Origin: Alphaproteobacteria bacterium | Lineage (GTDB): Bacteria; Pseudomonadota; Alphaproteobacteria; Bin95 | Length of the DNA: 64,000 nt | Reading direction: 5' to 3' | Assembly: GCA_964291285.2 (NCBI GenBank) | Contig: OZ219785.1 | Coordinates: 448,001 to 512,000 of the forward strand | Shown here: one piece after another, positions 37,720 through 46,742 of the stretch | Position numbering within the stretch: the first letter of the stretch is position 1 | How the letters are laid out: each line of letters begins with the position of its first letter | Translations under genes and position numbers: made by a program | Notes under the pieces: model-generated | The model's database searches: none | Seen by the model: only the letters and a program-made list of their open reading frames with translations | Told to the model about the DNA's origin: nothing

Positions 37720-38934
37720 TCAGCGCTCCTTCAGCCTGACGCTTCTGTTGTAGGCGTTCATGCCTGCGGAGATCGTCAGCGAGGCCGCCAGGTAGAACGC
37801 CATCAGGAGCAGGATGCACTCCATCTCGCGGCCGGTCTGGTTCAGCGTGATGCCGCCGAGCGTGCCGGTGGCGTCCATGTATCCCACGGCAATGGCGAGC
37901 GAGGAGTTCTTGGTGAGATTGAGGAACTGGCTGATGAGCGGCGGCACGATGACGCGAAGCGCCTGGGGCAGCACGACGAGGCTCATGGTGCGCCCGGGCC
38001 GGAGGCCGAGCGCATAGGCGGCTTCCGTCTGGCCCCTGCTGATGGCGAGGATGCCGGCGCGCACGATCTCGGCGATGAAGGCGCCGGTATAGACCGAGAG
38101 CGCCAACCACAGGCCGATCAGGCTGTCGCGCATGTAGATTCCGCCCTTGAAGTTGAAGCCCTTCAAGGCCGGAACTTCCAGCGAGACCGGGGACCCCATG
38201 GCGAAGAACGCAAGCAGGGCCGGAACGATGAGAATTGCGAGCCGCGCCCAGAATACCGGCAATATCCGGCCGGTCGTTGCCTGCCGGGCCCTGGCCCAGC
38301 GGCCGAAATACCAGGCTGCGGCAATCGACAGCAGCAGCACGACCCCGACCGCGGTCGAACCCGCTTCGAAGACGGGCGCCGGGATGTAGAAGCCCCTGTT
38401 GGTGATGAAGACGCTGTCGAAGAAGAGGCCGCTCATCGCATCTTCGCCCCGGAACGACCTCACGCCCGGCAGGACTTCGTTGACGATGGCGACCGTGAAC
38501 AGGATCCAGATAAGGACCGGAATGTTGCGGACCGTCTCGATATAGACCGTCATCAGCCGCGCAACGACCCAGTTCCGGGAAAGCCGCAGCACGCCTGCGA
38601 GGACGCCGATGATCGTGGCCGTGATGCAGCCCATGATCGCGACGAGGATCGTGTTGATAATGCCGACCAAGGCGGCGCGCCCGTGTGTGGACGTCGAATC
38701 GTAATCCAGCAGGTGCTGGTTGATGTCGTAGGCGGAGGTCTCGAAGATGAACCCGAAATCGATGTCCTTGCCGAGCGCCTCCAGGTTTCGGACCGCGTTG
38801 TCTATCGCCCAGGCGAACGCCAGCATGATGACGAACAGGGCAAAGATCTGAATCGTGTAGGAGCGGTATCGGGTGTCGTAGAGAAGCTGGCTGACGCGAA
38901 ACGGTTCCGCGTGTGGCTGCCCTGTCGTGGACAT
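37720..38934 (-). CDS. aapQ: General L-amino acid ABC transporter permease
   Basis: RLSRNW, RNIP, AFIAEIVRAGI, LNLTKNSSLAIAVGY, NQTGR. Confidence 0.9.
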   Translation of the reverse strand: MSTTGQPHAEPFRVSQLLYDTRYRSYTIQIFALFVIMLAFAWAIDNAVRNLEALGKDIDFGFIFETSAYDINQHLLDYDSTSTHGRAALVGIINTILVAIMGCITATIIGVLAGVLRLSRNWVVARLMTVYIETVRNIPVLIWILFTVAIVNEVLPGVRSFRGEDAMSGLFFDSVFITNRGFYIPAPVFEAGSTAVGVVLLLSIAAAWYFGRWARARQATTGRILPVFWARLAILIVPALLAFFAMGSPVSLEVPALKGFNFKGGIYMRDSLIGLWLALSVYTGAFIAEIVRAGILAISRGQTEAAYALGLRPGRTMSLVVLPQALRVIVPPLISQFLNLTKNSSLAIAVGYMDATGTLGGITLNQTGREMECILLLMAFYLAASLTISAGMNAYNRSVRLKER

Positions 38935-39003
38935 GGCGTCACAGCTCCCCGTCAAAACGGGCCGACGGCTTCGCCGCGCGACGGCCTCCGGCCCGGACAA
39001 AGA

Positions 39004-39031
39004 GAGGGCGCTTCCCTCGGGAAGCGCCCTC
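39004..39031 (-). terminator. Hairpin between aapJ and aapQ (mRNA stabiliser/partial terminator)
   Basis: GAGGGCGCTTCC...GGAAGCGCCCTC perfect 12-bp stem. Confidence 0.6.
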
Positions 39032-39044
39032 GATCACACAGTGC

Positions 39045-40064
39045 TTACCGGAACGGCGGGGCGTAGAGGATGCCGCCCTTGGTCCAGAGCTGGTTCAGGC
39101 CTCGGGCGAGGCCGATGGCGGTGTTCTCGCCGATATGCTTCTCGAAGATCTCGCCGTAGTTGCCGCCGGTCTTGATGGCGTGGACGGCCCAGTCGGCAGA
39201 GAGGCCCAGCATCTCGCCGTAATTGCCCTCGACGCCCAGCAGGCGCTTGATCTCCGGGTCCTTGGTGTCGGCGGACGCCATGCTGTCCACGTTCGCCGCC
39301 GTGATGCCCTTCTCCTCGGCGATGATGAGCGCGTTCAGCACCCAGCGCACGATGTCGCCCCAGGCATTGTCGCCGTGGCGGACCAGCGGTCCGAGCGGCT
39401 CCTTGGAGATGATTTCCGGCAGGATGACGTGGTTTTCGGGATCCTCGAAGGTGGCGCGGGTCGCGGCCAGGCCGGAAGCGTCCGTGGTGTAAACGTCGCA
39501 GGCGTTCGCCAGATATTTCTGCTGCGCCTCGGCGTTGGTCTCGATCGGCACCGGCTCGTAGTTCATGTTGTTGGCGCGGAAGAAGTCGGCCAGGTTGAGC
39601 TCGGTGGTGGTGCCGGTCTGGATGCACACGGTCGCGCCGTCGAGCTCGGAGGCCGACGAAACGCCCATGTCCTTGCGGATCATGAAGCCCTGGCCGTCAT
39701 AGTAGTTGACGCCCAGGAAGGAGAATTTCAGGTCCACGTCCCGGCTCAGCGTCCAGGTCGTGTTCCGGTAGAGCAGGTCGATTTCACCGGAGGCAAGCGC
39801 CGTGAAGCGCGTCTTGCCGGTCGTCGGCGTGAACTTGATCGCATTCGGGTCGCCGAACACGGCCGCCGCCGTCGCGCGGCAGAAGACAACGTCGAAGCCG
39901 TCCCAATTGCCGCCGGAGTCCGTGAACGCGAAACCGGCGAGGCCGGTCGAAACGCCGCACTGGATGAAGCCCTTGGCTTTCACGTCATCCAGCGTCGCTC
40001 CGTGGGCCCCGACGGAGAACGCCGCGGCCGCAGCGGCGGCAACCAATGTGGTTTTGAGTCTCAT
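39045..40064 (-). CDS. aapJ: General L-amino acid ABC transporter substrate-binding protein
   Basis: Signal peptide, CGV..GL.GF, RNTTWT, YYDGQGF, GTTTE, ISKEPLGP, GNYGE, YAPPFR. Confidence 0.93.
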   Translation of the reverse strand: MRLKTTLVAAAAAAAFSVGAHGATLDDVKAKGFIQCGVSTGLAGFAFTDSGGNWDGFDVVFCRATAAAVFGDPNAIKFTPTTGKTRFTALASGEIDLLYRNTTWTLSRDVDLKFSFLGVNYYDGQGFMIRKDMGVSSASELDGATVCIQTGTTTELNLADFFRANNMNYEPVPIETNAEAQQKYLANACDVYTTDASGLAATRATFEDPENHVILPEIISKEPLGPLVRHGDNAWGDIVRWVLNALIIAEEKGITAANVDSMASADTKDPEIKRLLGVEGNYGEMLGLSADWAVHAIKTGGNYGEIFEKHIGENTAIGLARGLNQLWTKGGILYAPPFR

Positions 40065-40260
40065 GGGCTTTCGCTCTCCCGTTCGAGTGCTTCGCACAGC
40101 CGCGCGGAGTCCTGCTGCGTCCCCGCTCGTCAAGGCCGCCCCTGAACTGCCGACGCGGAATGCGCCCGCATGTTACCGACCGGCGCGCGCGTCGGCAACC
40201 GGATGTCCCCGCCCGGACAGGAGTTTCCGGAGAGTTTCCCTGTGACAGCGCGATCAAATT

Positions 40261-41058
40261 TCAGAGAGCGGCGAATTCCCGGAAGGCCTGCGCGCCCTCC
40301 GCGGCATGGCTGAGCGCAATGCCGTGACGGGCGCCGGGGAAGACCTGGAGCCGCGCATCGGGCAGCACCGTGAGCAGGTCCGCGGCTACGGTCATCGGCA
40401 GGAACGGGCTCGAATCGGGATGCAGCAGCAGCACCGGACAGGCGATTCGCCGGAATGTGTCGGACAGCTCCGCCCCCATCAGCAGGTCTGCGGCATCGAG
40501 CAGCGAGGCGGCGGCCGTCCGGCTCTGGACCTCGTGCATCCACTGCCGTTCGGCGGCCCCCACCTTGCCGTCTGCAAACCGGCGCGGAACCATCTCCTCC
40601 GACCAGCGCTCCATGCCGGCGGCCTCTACCGCCGCCCGCCAGGCGGCCACGTTTTGAATTGCAGGCCCGTAATGCCCGGTGGAGCAAGCGCAGACGCTCG
40701 CGATCCGCTCCGGTTCCCGGGCCGCGGTGAACAGGCAGGCAGTGCCGCCGAGCGACTCGCCGACGAGGTGGAAACGCCCGAAGCCCGCCGCGTCCGCGAC
40801 CGCCATGATGTCGTCCGCGAGCCCGTCGAAGGACCAGCGGTGCTCCGGCCCCGGCAGGGTCGAGCGGCCGAAGCCGCAAAGATCGAAGCGGGCGACGCGG
40901 AACCGGTCGATCAGGCCGGGCAGCCAGCCGGACCAGATGTGGCAATCGACCGCAACGCCGTGGCAGAACAGCACCGCTTCGCCGGGCGCGTTCCATGGCG
41001 GCACGAGGTCCACCGTTTCCATGTGGAGCGCGTAGCCGGGTCGCTGGAGCATGGTCAT
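40261..41058 (-). CDS. Alpha/beta hydrolase
   Basis: HG, D..GFGRS, GESLGG nucleophile elbow, C-terminal His (ARH). Confidence 0.85.
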   Translation of the reverse strand: MTMLQRPGYALHMETVDLVPPWNAPGEAVLFCHGVAVDCHIWSGWLPGLIDRFRVARFDLCGFGRSTLPGPEHRWSFDGLADDIMAVADAAGFGRFHLVGESLGGTACLFTAAREPERIASVCACSTGHYGPAIQNVAAWRAAVEAAGMERWSEEMVPRRFADGKVGAAERQWMHEVQSRTAAASLLDAADLLMGAELSDTFRRIACPVLLLHPDSSPFLPMTVAADLLTVLPDARLQVFPGARHGIALSHAAEGAQAFREFAAL

Positions 41059-41064
41059 GGGCGC

Positions 41065-41102
41065 GCATGAAACGCACTTGCCCCCGGCTTGTCAAAACCG
41101 GC
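41065..41102 (+). repeat. 38-bp direct repeat, left copy
   Basis: GCATGAAACGCACTTGCCCCCGGCTTGTCAAAACCGGC; 37/38 identical to 42350-42387. Confidence 0.9.
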
Positions 41103-41191
41103 CGCCATCGCCGCGCGGCCGCCCTGCTCAAGAGCAGGCAATCGCTTCATTTAACCTTGCATTTCTGGAATTGCACTCCATAATTGCAAGG

Positions 41192-42355
41192 ATGTTGCCG
41201 CGCCAGAAATCGCAAGTCGTTCGCGCCCGGCTGGACCGGTTCCCGGCTGTGGCGCTGCTCGGTCCGCGCCAGGCGGGCAAAACCACGCTGGCCGAACTTA
41301 TCGCCGAAGAGCGACCGAGCGTCTATCTCGATCTTGAGGACGCGGCCGACCGGGCGAAGCTGGGCGACGCCGCGCTTTACCTTGCCGGGCACGAAGACAA
41401 GCTGGTCGTCCTGGACGAAGTGCAGCGGGCGCCGGAACTGTTCCAGACGCTCCGGGGCCTCATCGACAGGGGCCGCCGCCGCGGCGTCCGGGCGGGCCGC
41501 TTCCTGCTTCTGGGTCCGGCGTCCATCGACCTGCTCAAACAGTCGGGAGAATCCCTTGCCGGCCGCATCTCCTATGTCGAACTGGGGCCGCTCGACCTTC
41601 TCGAAGTCGATGCCGGTGCGCGCGACAGGCTCTGGGTGCGGGGCGGGTTCCCGGACAGTTTCCTCGCCGGCAGCGGGAAAGACAGCGCCGTCTGGCGGGA
41701 GAATTTCATCCGCACCTACCTGGAGCGCGACATTCCGCAACTCGGGCCGCGCGTGCCGGCGGAAACCCTGCGCCGTTTCTGGACCATGCTGGCGCATATG
41801 CAGGGCGCCACGCTCAACGCGGCCCAGCTTGCGCGCGGGCTGGCAGTCGACGGCAAGACGGTCGCCGGCTATCTCGACCTGCTGGTCGACCTCCTGCTCG
41901 TGAGGCGGCTGCCGCCCTTCCGCGCCAATGTCGGCAAGCGCCTGGTGAAATCGCCGAAGGTCTATGTGCGCGACAGCGGCATCGTCCACACGCTGCTCGG
42001 CCTCGACGACCGCGAAGCGGTGCTGGGTCATCCGGTCGTCGGCGGAAGCTGGGAAGGGTTCGTGCTGGAAAACCTGCTCGGCGCGGTGCCCGAAAGGGCG
42101 AAAGCATGGTTCTACCGGACGGCTGCCGGTGCCGAAATCGACCTGGTGCTGGAGATGCCGGGCGGAAGGCTGTGGGCGGTGGAAATCAAGCGCAGCCTCG
42201 CGCCGAAGCTCGACAGGGGATTCCACCACGCGCGGGAAGACCTCGAACCGGAGCGCTCGTTCATCGTCTATTCCGGCGATGACCGTTACCCGAAGAGCGA
42301 AGGGATCGAGGTAATCGGCTTGCGTGAGCTGCTGGGGATGCTGGCGGCGGCATGA
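41192..42355 (+). CDS. AAA_14 ATPase with DUF4143 (C-terminal PD-(D/E)xK-like) domain
   Basis: GPRQAGKT, LDEVQ, ESLAGR, RGGFP, KSPKVY.RDSG, EIDL...AVEIK. Confidence 0.9.
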   Translation: MLPRQKSQVVRARLDRFPAVALLGPRQAGKTTLAELIAEERPSVYLDLEDAADRAKLGDAALYLAGHEDKLVVLDEVQRAPELFQTLRGLIDRGRRRGVRAGRFLLLGPASIDLLKQSGESLAGRISYVELGPLDLLEVDAGARDRLWVRGGFPDSFLAGSGKDSAVWRENFIRTYLERDIPQLGPRVPAETLRRFWTMLAHMQGATLNAAQLARGLAVDGKTVAGYLDLLVDLLLVRRLPPFRANVGKRLVKSPKVYVRDSGIVHTLLGLDDREAVLGHPVVGGSWEGFVLENLLGAVPERAKAWFYRTAAGAEIDLVLEMPGGRLWAVEIKRSLAPKLDRGFHHAREDLEPERSFIVYSGDDRYPKSEGIEVIGLRELLGMLAAA

Positions 42356-42387
42356 AACGCGCTTGCCCCCGGCTTGTCAAAACCGGC
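42350..42387 (+). repeat. 38-bp direct repeat, right copy (contains the ATPase stop codon)
   Basis: GCATGAAACGCGCTTGCCCCCGGCTTGTCAAAACCGGC. Confidence 0.9.
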
Positions 42388-42402
42388 TACGATGGCCCCG
42401 TC

Positions 42403-43122
42403 ATGGCGATGCTCGAAGTCGAAATCTGGCGCGGGGAGGGCGGCGGCGGCGCCTGGCGGCGCTACGCCGTGCCGCACGAGGCCAACCAGACCGTGCTCGA
42501 CGTGGTGACGCATGTGCAGCGCTATCTGGACCCCTCACTCGCCTACCGTTTCGCCTGCCGGGTGGGCATGTGCGGCTCCTGCGCGATGACCGTCAACGGC
42601 CGCCCGCGCTGGACCTGCCGCACCCATGTCTCGCAGGCCGCGCGCAAGGGCCGGGTGCGGATCGGGCCGCTGCGCAACCTGCCGGTCATCAGGGACCTCG
42701 CGGTGGACATGGCGCCCTTCTTCGAGAAATGGCGCGACGCGGAGGCGCGGTTCGTGCCGCCGCCCGCGCCTGCCGAAGAAGCCGTCCGGCCGGACGAGCC
42801 GGGACGCATGGCCGCCGACGCCGGCATCGAGTGCATCAACTGCGCCGTCTGCTACGCCGCCTGCGACAGCGTGGCCTGGAACCCGGACTATCCGGGCCCG
42901 GCCGTGCTGAACCGCCTCTGGACGCTGGTGAACGACCGGCGCGACGGCGACCGCGACGGCCACCTGGACGCAGCCGGGGCGGGCTGCCACCTCTGCCGCA
43001 GCCACCAGGAATGCGCCGACGCCTGCCCGACCGGCCTCAACCCGACGGCCGCCATCGCCGGCCTGAAGCGCGAGGTCTTCCGCCGCGCGCTCGGCGGCGG
43101 CGCGCGGGGTCCGCGCCGATGA
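42403..43122 (+). CDS. Succinate dehydrogenase/fumarate reductase-like Fe-S subunit
   Basis: CRVGMCGSC..C, CINCAVCYAAC, CRSHQECADACP; LPVIRDL.VD. Confidence 0.88.
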   Translation: MAMLEVEIWRGEGGGGAWRRYAVPHEANQTVLDVVTHVQRYLDPSLAYRFACRVGMCGSCAMTVNGRPRWTCRTHVSQAARKGRVRIGPLRNLPVIRDLAVDMAPFFEKWRDAEARFVPPPAPAEEAVRPDEPGRMAADAGIECINCAVCYAACDSVAWNPDYPGPAVLNRLWTLVNDRRDGDRDGHLDAAGAGCHLCRSHQECADACPTGLNPTAAIAGLKREVFRRALGGGARGPRR

Positions 43123-43445
43123 ACGAGGCCTGGCTGTTCGCGGCGCAGCGCCTCTCGGCAATGGTGATGGCGCCGCTGGTGCTGCTGCATCTGGGGGTCA
43201 TCCTCTATGCCGTCCGGGACGGGCTTTCCGCCGAGGAAATCCTGGCGCGCACCGAGGGCAGCCTGTTCTGGGGCGCGGTCTACGGGCTGTTCGTGCTGGC
43301 CGCCGCCGTGCATGCGCCCATCGGGCTGCGGGCCGTACTGAGGGAGTGGGGGCGCTGGCGGGGCGCAGGCCTGGACATCGCCATGACGATGTTCGGCCTC
43401 GTGCTGCTCGCGCTCGGCCTGCGCGCCGTGGCGGCCGTGCTGTGA
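43119..43445 (+). CDS. Complex II-like membrane anchor subunit
   Basis: QRLSA..M..LVLLH, H..IGLR, three hydrophobic helices; ATGA overlap. Confidence 0.78.
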   Translation: MNEAWLFAAQRLSAMVMAPLVLLHLGVILYAVRDGLSAEEILARTEGSLFWGAVYGLFVLAAAVHAPIGLRAVLREWGRWRGAGLDIAMTMFGLVLLALGLRAVAAVL

Positions 43446-43768
43446 AGCGCGGACCCTGGTGGGCCTTCCTGCTGCACCGGCTTTCGGGCGTGGCGCTGGC
43501 GGTCTTCCTGCCGGTCCACTTCCTCGTGCTCGGCCTCGCGGTGGAGCGCGCGGCGCTTGATCGCGTGCTCGACTGGACGGACAATCCGTGGGTCAAGCTC
43601 GCCGAGGCGGGGCTGGTCGTGTTGCTGGCGCTCCACCTGACGGGGGGCCTGCGCGTGCTGCTGCTCGAGTTCGGGCGCTGGTCCGACCGCCAGCGGTCGC
43701 GGATTGCGGTGGCGGGCGGGCTGGCGCTGCTCGCGGGCTTCGGCTTCCTGGCGGCGGCCTTCGCATGA
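43442..43768 (+). CDS. Complex II-like cytochrome b556 membrane subunit
   Basis: LHRLSG, FLPVH, H..GGLR.L; GTG start overlapping the previous stop. Confidence 0.78.
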   Translation: MKRGPWWAFLLHRLSGVALAVFLPVHFLVLGLAVERAALDRVLDWTDNPWVKLAEAGLVVLLALHLTGGLRVLLLEFGRWSDRQRSRIAVAGGLALLAGFGFLAAAFA

Positions 43769-45525
43769 TCGAGCGCCTCGACCGGGACATACTGATCCTC
43801 GGCTCCGGCGGGGCCGGGCTGTTCGCCGCGCTGCACGCCTACCGCGCCGACCCCGCGCTCGACATCGCCGTCGCAGCCAAGGGCCTGCTCGGCAAGAGCG
43901 GCTGCACCCGCATGGTGCAGGGCGGCTACAATGTGGCGCTCGCGCCCGGCGACAGCCTCGAACGCCATTTCATGGACACGATCGAAGGCGGGGCCTGGAT
44001 CAACCACCAGGAGCTGGCCTGGACGCTGATCGAGGGCGCGGTGGCGCGCATCCGCGAACTGGAAGACGAGATCGGCTGCTATTTCGACCGCAATCCCGAC
44101 GGCAGCATCCACCAGAAGGCGTTCGCCGGCCAGACCTTCGACCGCACCGTCCACAAGGGAGACCTCACCGGCATCGAGATCGTCAACCGGCTGATGGAGC
44201 AGGTCTGGGCGCGGGCGGTGACGCGGCTGGAGGAGCACCGGGCGGCGGCGCTGGTCCCCTCGCGCGACGGCTCCAGGCTCGCCGGCGTGCTGCTGATCGA
44301 CATTCGCACGGGCGTCCTGCGCTTCGTGCGGGCGAAGGCCGTGCTGCTCGCCACCGGCGGCGGCCCGACCATGTACCGCTACCACACCCCCTCCGGCGAC
44401 AAGACCTGCGACGGCATGGCGATGGCGCTGGAGGCGGGCCTGGCGCTGCGCGACATGGAGATGGTCCAGTTCCACCCGACGGGGCTCTATGCCGGCCCCG
44501 GCACGAGGATGACCGGCACCGTGCTGGAAGAGGGCTTGCGCGGCGCCGGCGGCCACCTGCTCGGCGGCGACGGCGCGCGCTTCATGGAGCGCTACGACGA
44601 CCGGCTGGAGCGCGCCACCCGCGACATCGTCAGCCGCGCCATGGCGAGCGAGATGCGTGCCGGGAACGTGACCGAAAACGGCGGGCTCTACATCTCGATG
44701 GCCCATCTCGGCCCCGCCTCGGTGGCCGAGCGCTTCAAGGGCATGGTCGAGCGCTGCCGGGACTGCGGCTTCGACCTCGCCGGCGGGCTGGTCGAGGTGG
44801 TGCCGACCGCGCATTACATGATGGGCGGCGTCGCCTTCGAGCCGGACACGACGACCGCCCTGCCCGGCCTCTACGCCGCCGGCGAGGACACGGGCGGCGT
44901 CCACGGCGCGAACCGGCTCGGCGGCAACGGCGTCGCCAACTCCACCGTCTATGGCGGCATTGCCGGCGACCGGATGGCGGCGGACGCGGCCCGCGAGCGC
45001 GCCTTCCCCGACCCGGACGAGGCGGTGCTGGAGGCCGCCGCCGCGCGCTGCCTGAGGGTCTTCGACCGGCCGCCCGGCGACCTCGCCGGCATCCGCGACC
45101 GGCTCGCGGACCTGATGTGGGACGAGGTCGGCATATTGCGCTCGGCCGGGAGCCTCGAGCGCGCCGAAGCCGGGCTCGCCGCGCTCGCGGCGGAGGTGGA
45201 GGCGGCCGGCGCGCCCGGCGGCCCTACCTTCAACCTCGCCTGGCACGACCGGCTGAACCTGGAAAGCCTCGTGACCGTCTCGCGCGCGATCACGGCGGCG
45301 GCCCGCGCCCGCGAGGACTCGCGCGGCGCACACTACCGCGAGGACTTCCCCGAGACCGGAGACCTCGCCGCCACGCGCTATACCGCCGTGCGTCTGGAGG
45401 ACGGCGAATTCGCCTCCGCTTCGGAACCCGTCGCCTTCACCCGCGTCAGGCCCGGCGAGTCGCTGCTGGACCAGGCCCCGGGACAGGCCGCAGGTCCACC
45501 GGCGGAGCATGATCGTTCAGGTTGA
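43765..45525 (+). CDS. SdhA/FrdA/NadB-family flavoprotein (non-canonical)
   Basis: GSGGAG, DMEMVQFHPT, EGLRG.GG, RDIVSRA, HYMMGG, HGANRLGGN, R.DSRGAH.R.DFP. Confidence 0.88.
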   Translation: MIERLDRDILILGSGGAGLFAALHAYRADPALDIAVAAKGLLGKSGCTRMVQGGYNVALAPGDSLERHFMDTIEGGAWINHQELAWTLIEGAVARIRELEDEIGCYFDRNPDGSIHQKAFAGQTFDRTVHKGDLTGIEIVNRLMEQVWARAVTRLEEHRAAALVPSRDGSRLAGVLLIDIRTGVLRFVRAKAVLLATGGGPTMYRYHTPSGDKTCDGMAMALEAGLALRDMEMVQFHPTGLYAGPGTRMTGTVLEEGLRGAGGHLLGGDGARFMERYDDRLERATRDIVSRAMASEMRAGNVTENGGLYISMAHLGPASVAERFKGMVERCRDCGFDLAGGLVEVVPTAHYMMGGVAFEPDTTTALPGLYAAGEDTGGVHGANRLGGNGVANSTVYGGIAGDRMAADAARERAFPDPDEAVLEAAAARCLRVFDRPPGDLAGIRDRLADLMWDEVGILRSAGSLERAEAGLAALAAEVEAAGAPGGPTFNLAWHDRLNLESLVTVSRAITAAARAREDSRGAHYREDFPETGDLAATRYTAVRLEDGEFASASEPVAFTRVRPGESLLDQAPGQAAGPPAEHDRSG

Positions 45526-45675
45526 AACAGCAGGGGCACGCCCCCGCATCTCCGCCCGGAAGCCCGGACTCGCACCCGGCCGGGACATGACATCGTACGG
45601 CCCGCCCCACGGTCGGTCCTGTCTTGCCGCCTTTCCGGTCTTGGGGAAACCGCCCGCCTCTGTCACAATGTTCCG

Positions 45676-46707
45676 ATGACCCGTTCTTCCGCCAAGCGGT
45701 CGAGTTCCCGTTCTCTCGCCAATCTCGCTCCGGACGAAGTGAAATCCGTGGTGGACGGTTACACGGCGATTTACGACGCCGGAGAGCAGGGCAGAAGAGA
45801 GCAATACCGCTCGCTCGTAAATCACTATTACGACCTGGTTACCGACTTCTACGAATTCGGCTGGGGCCAGTCCTTTCACTTCGCGCCAAGGCGCCGGGGC
45901 GAGAGCTTCAAGGCTTCGATGGTCAGGCACCAGCATTATCTCGCCGACCGGCTGGTCCTGAAGCCGGGCATGCAGGTGCTCGATGTGGGATGCGGGGTCG
46001 GCGGACCGATGGGCAACCTGGCGCGCTATTCCGGCGCCGGCTTCGTCGGCATCAACAACAACACCTACCAGATCGAACGCGCGAAACATCACACCCGGGA
46101 TGTCGGGTCGCGGTGCCGCTTCATCCACGGCGACTACATGCGGATTCCCGAAGGCGAGGATTGCTACGACGCCGCGTTCGCCATCGAGTCCATGCCCCAC
46201 GCGCCGGACAAGGCAGGCGCGTTCCGCGAAATCCTGCGCGTCCTGCGCCCCGGCGCCTGTTTCGCGGGTTACGAGTGGTGCCTCACCGATGATTTCGACC
46301 CCGAAAACGCGGAGCACCAGCGGATCAAGAACGAGATCATGGTTGGGGATGCGCTGCCGGAAATCGCGTCCATGCCGGAGATTTGCGACGCATTGCGCAC
46401 CGCCGGGTTCGAGCTGCTGGAAGCCAGGGACCGCGCCCCCGAGTCGGATCCGCAAACGCCCTGGTACCGCGCCCTGCAGGGCCGCGACTTCACGCTTTCG
46501 AGCATCCCGCGCACGCCTTTCGGCCGCGCCCTCACCAATCAGACGCTGCGGGTCGGAGAGAGGCTGCGGCTGTTTCCTGAGGGCTCCCGCGCGGTCAGCA
46601 CGCTGCTGAACGCGGCGGCCGACGCGCTGATCGAAGGCGGCAGGTCCGGCATCTTCACGCCGATGTTCTTTTTCCTGGCCCGCAAGCCTCCGCGCTCCGG
46701 CGACTGA
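45676..46707 (+). CDS. smt: Sterol C24-methyltransferase (ERG6/SMT family)
   Basis: YYDLVTDFYEFGWGQSFHFA (SMT region I), LDVGCGVGGP, IESMPHAP, LRPG, YEW, PWY, GIFTPMF. Confidence 0.9.
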   Translation: MTRSSAKRSSSRSLANLAPDEVKSVVDGYTAIYDAGEQGRREQYRSLVNHYYDLVTDFYEFGWGQSFHFAPRRRGESFKASMVRHQHYLADRLVLKPGMQVLDVGCGVGGPMGNLARYSGAGFVGINNNTYQIERAKHHTRDVGSRCRFIHGDYMRIPEGEDCYDAAFAIESMPHAPDKAGAFREILRVLRPGACFAGYEWCLTDDFDPENAEHQRIKNEIMVGDALPEIASMPEICDALRTAGFELLEARDRAPESDPQTPWYRALQGRDFTLSSIPRTPFGRALTNQTLRVGERLRLFPEGSRAVSTLLNAAADALIEGGRSGIFTPMFFFLARKPPRSGD

Positions 46708-46742
46708 ACGCCGCGCGTCCTCGGCCGCAGGGCCGCCGGCGC

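Noticed and set aside
42352-42402. Earlier start for the Fe-S subunit (MKRACPRLV...)
   Set aside because: It lies inside the 38-bp direct repeat. The family-like sequence begins at 42403.
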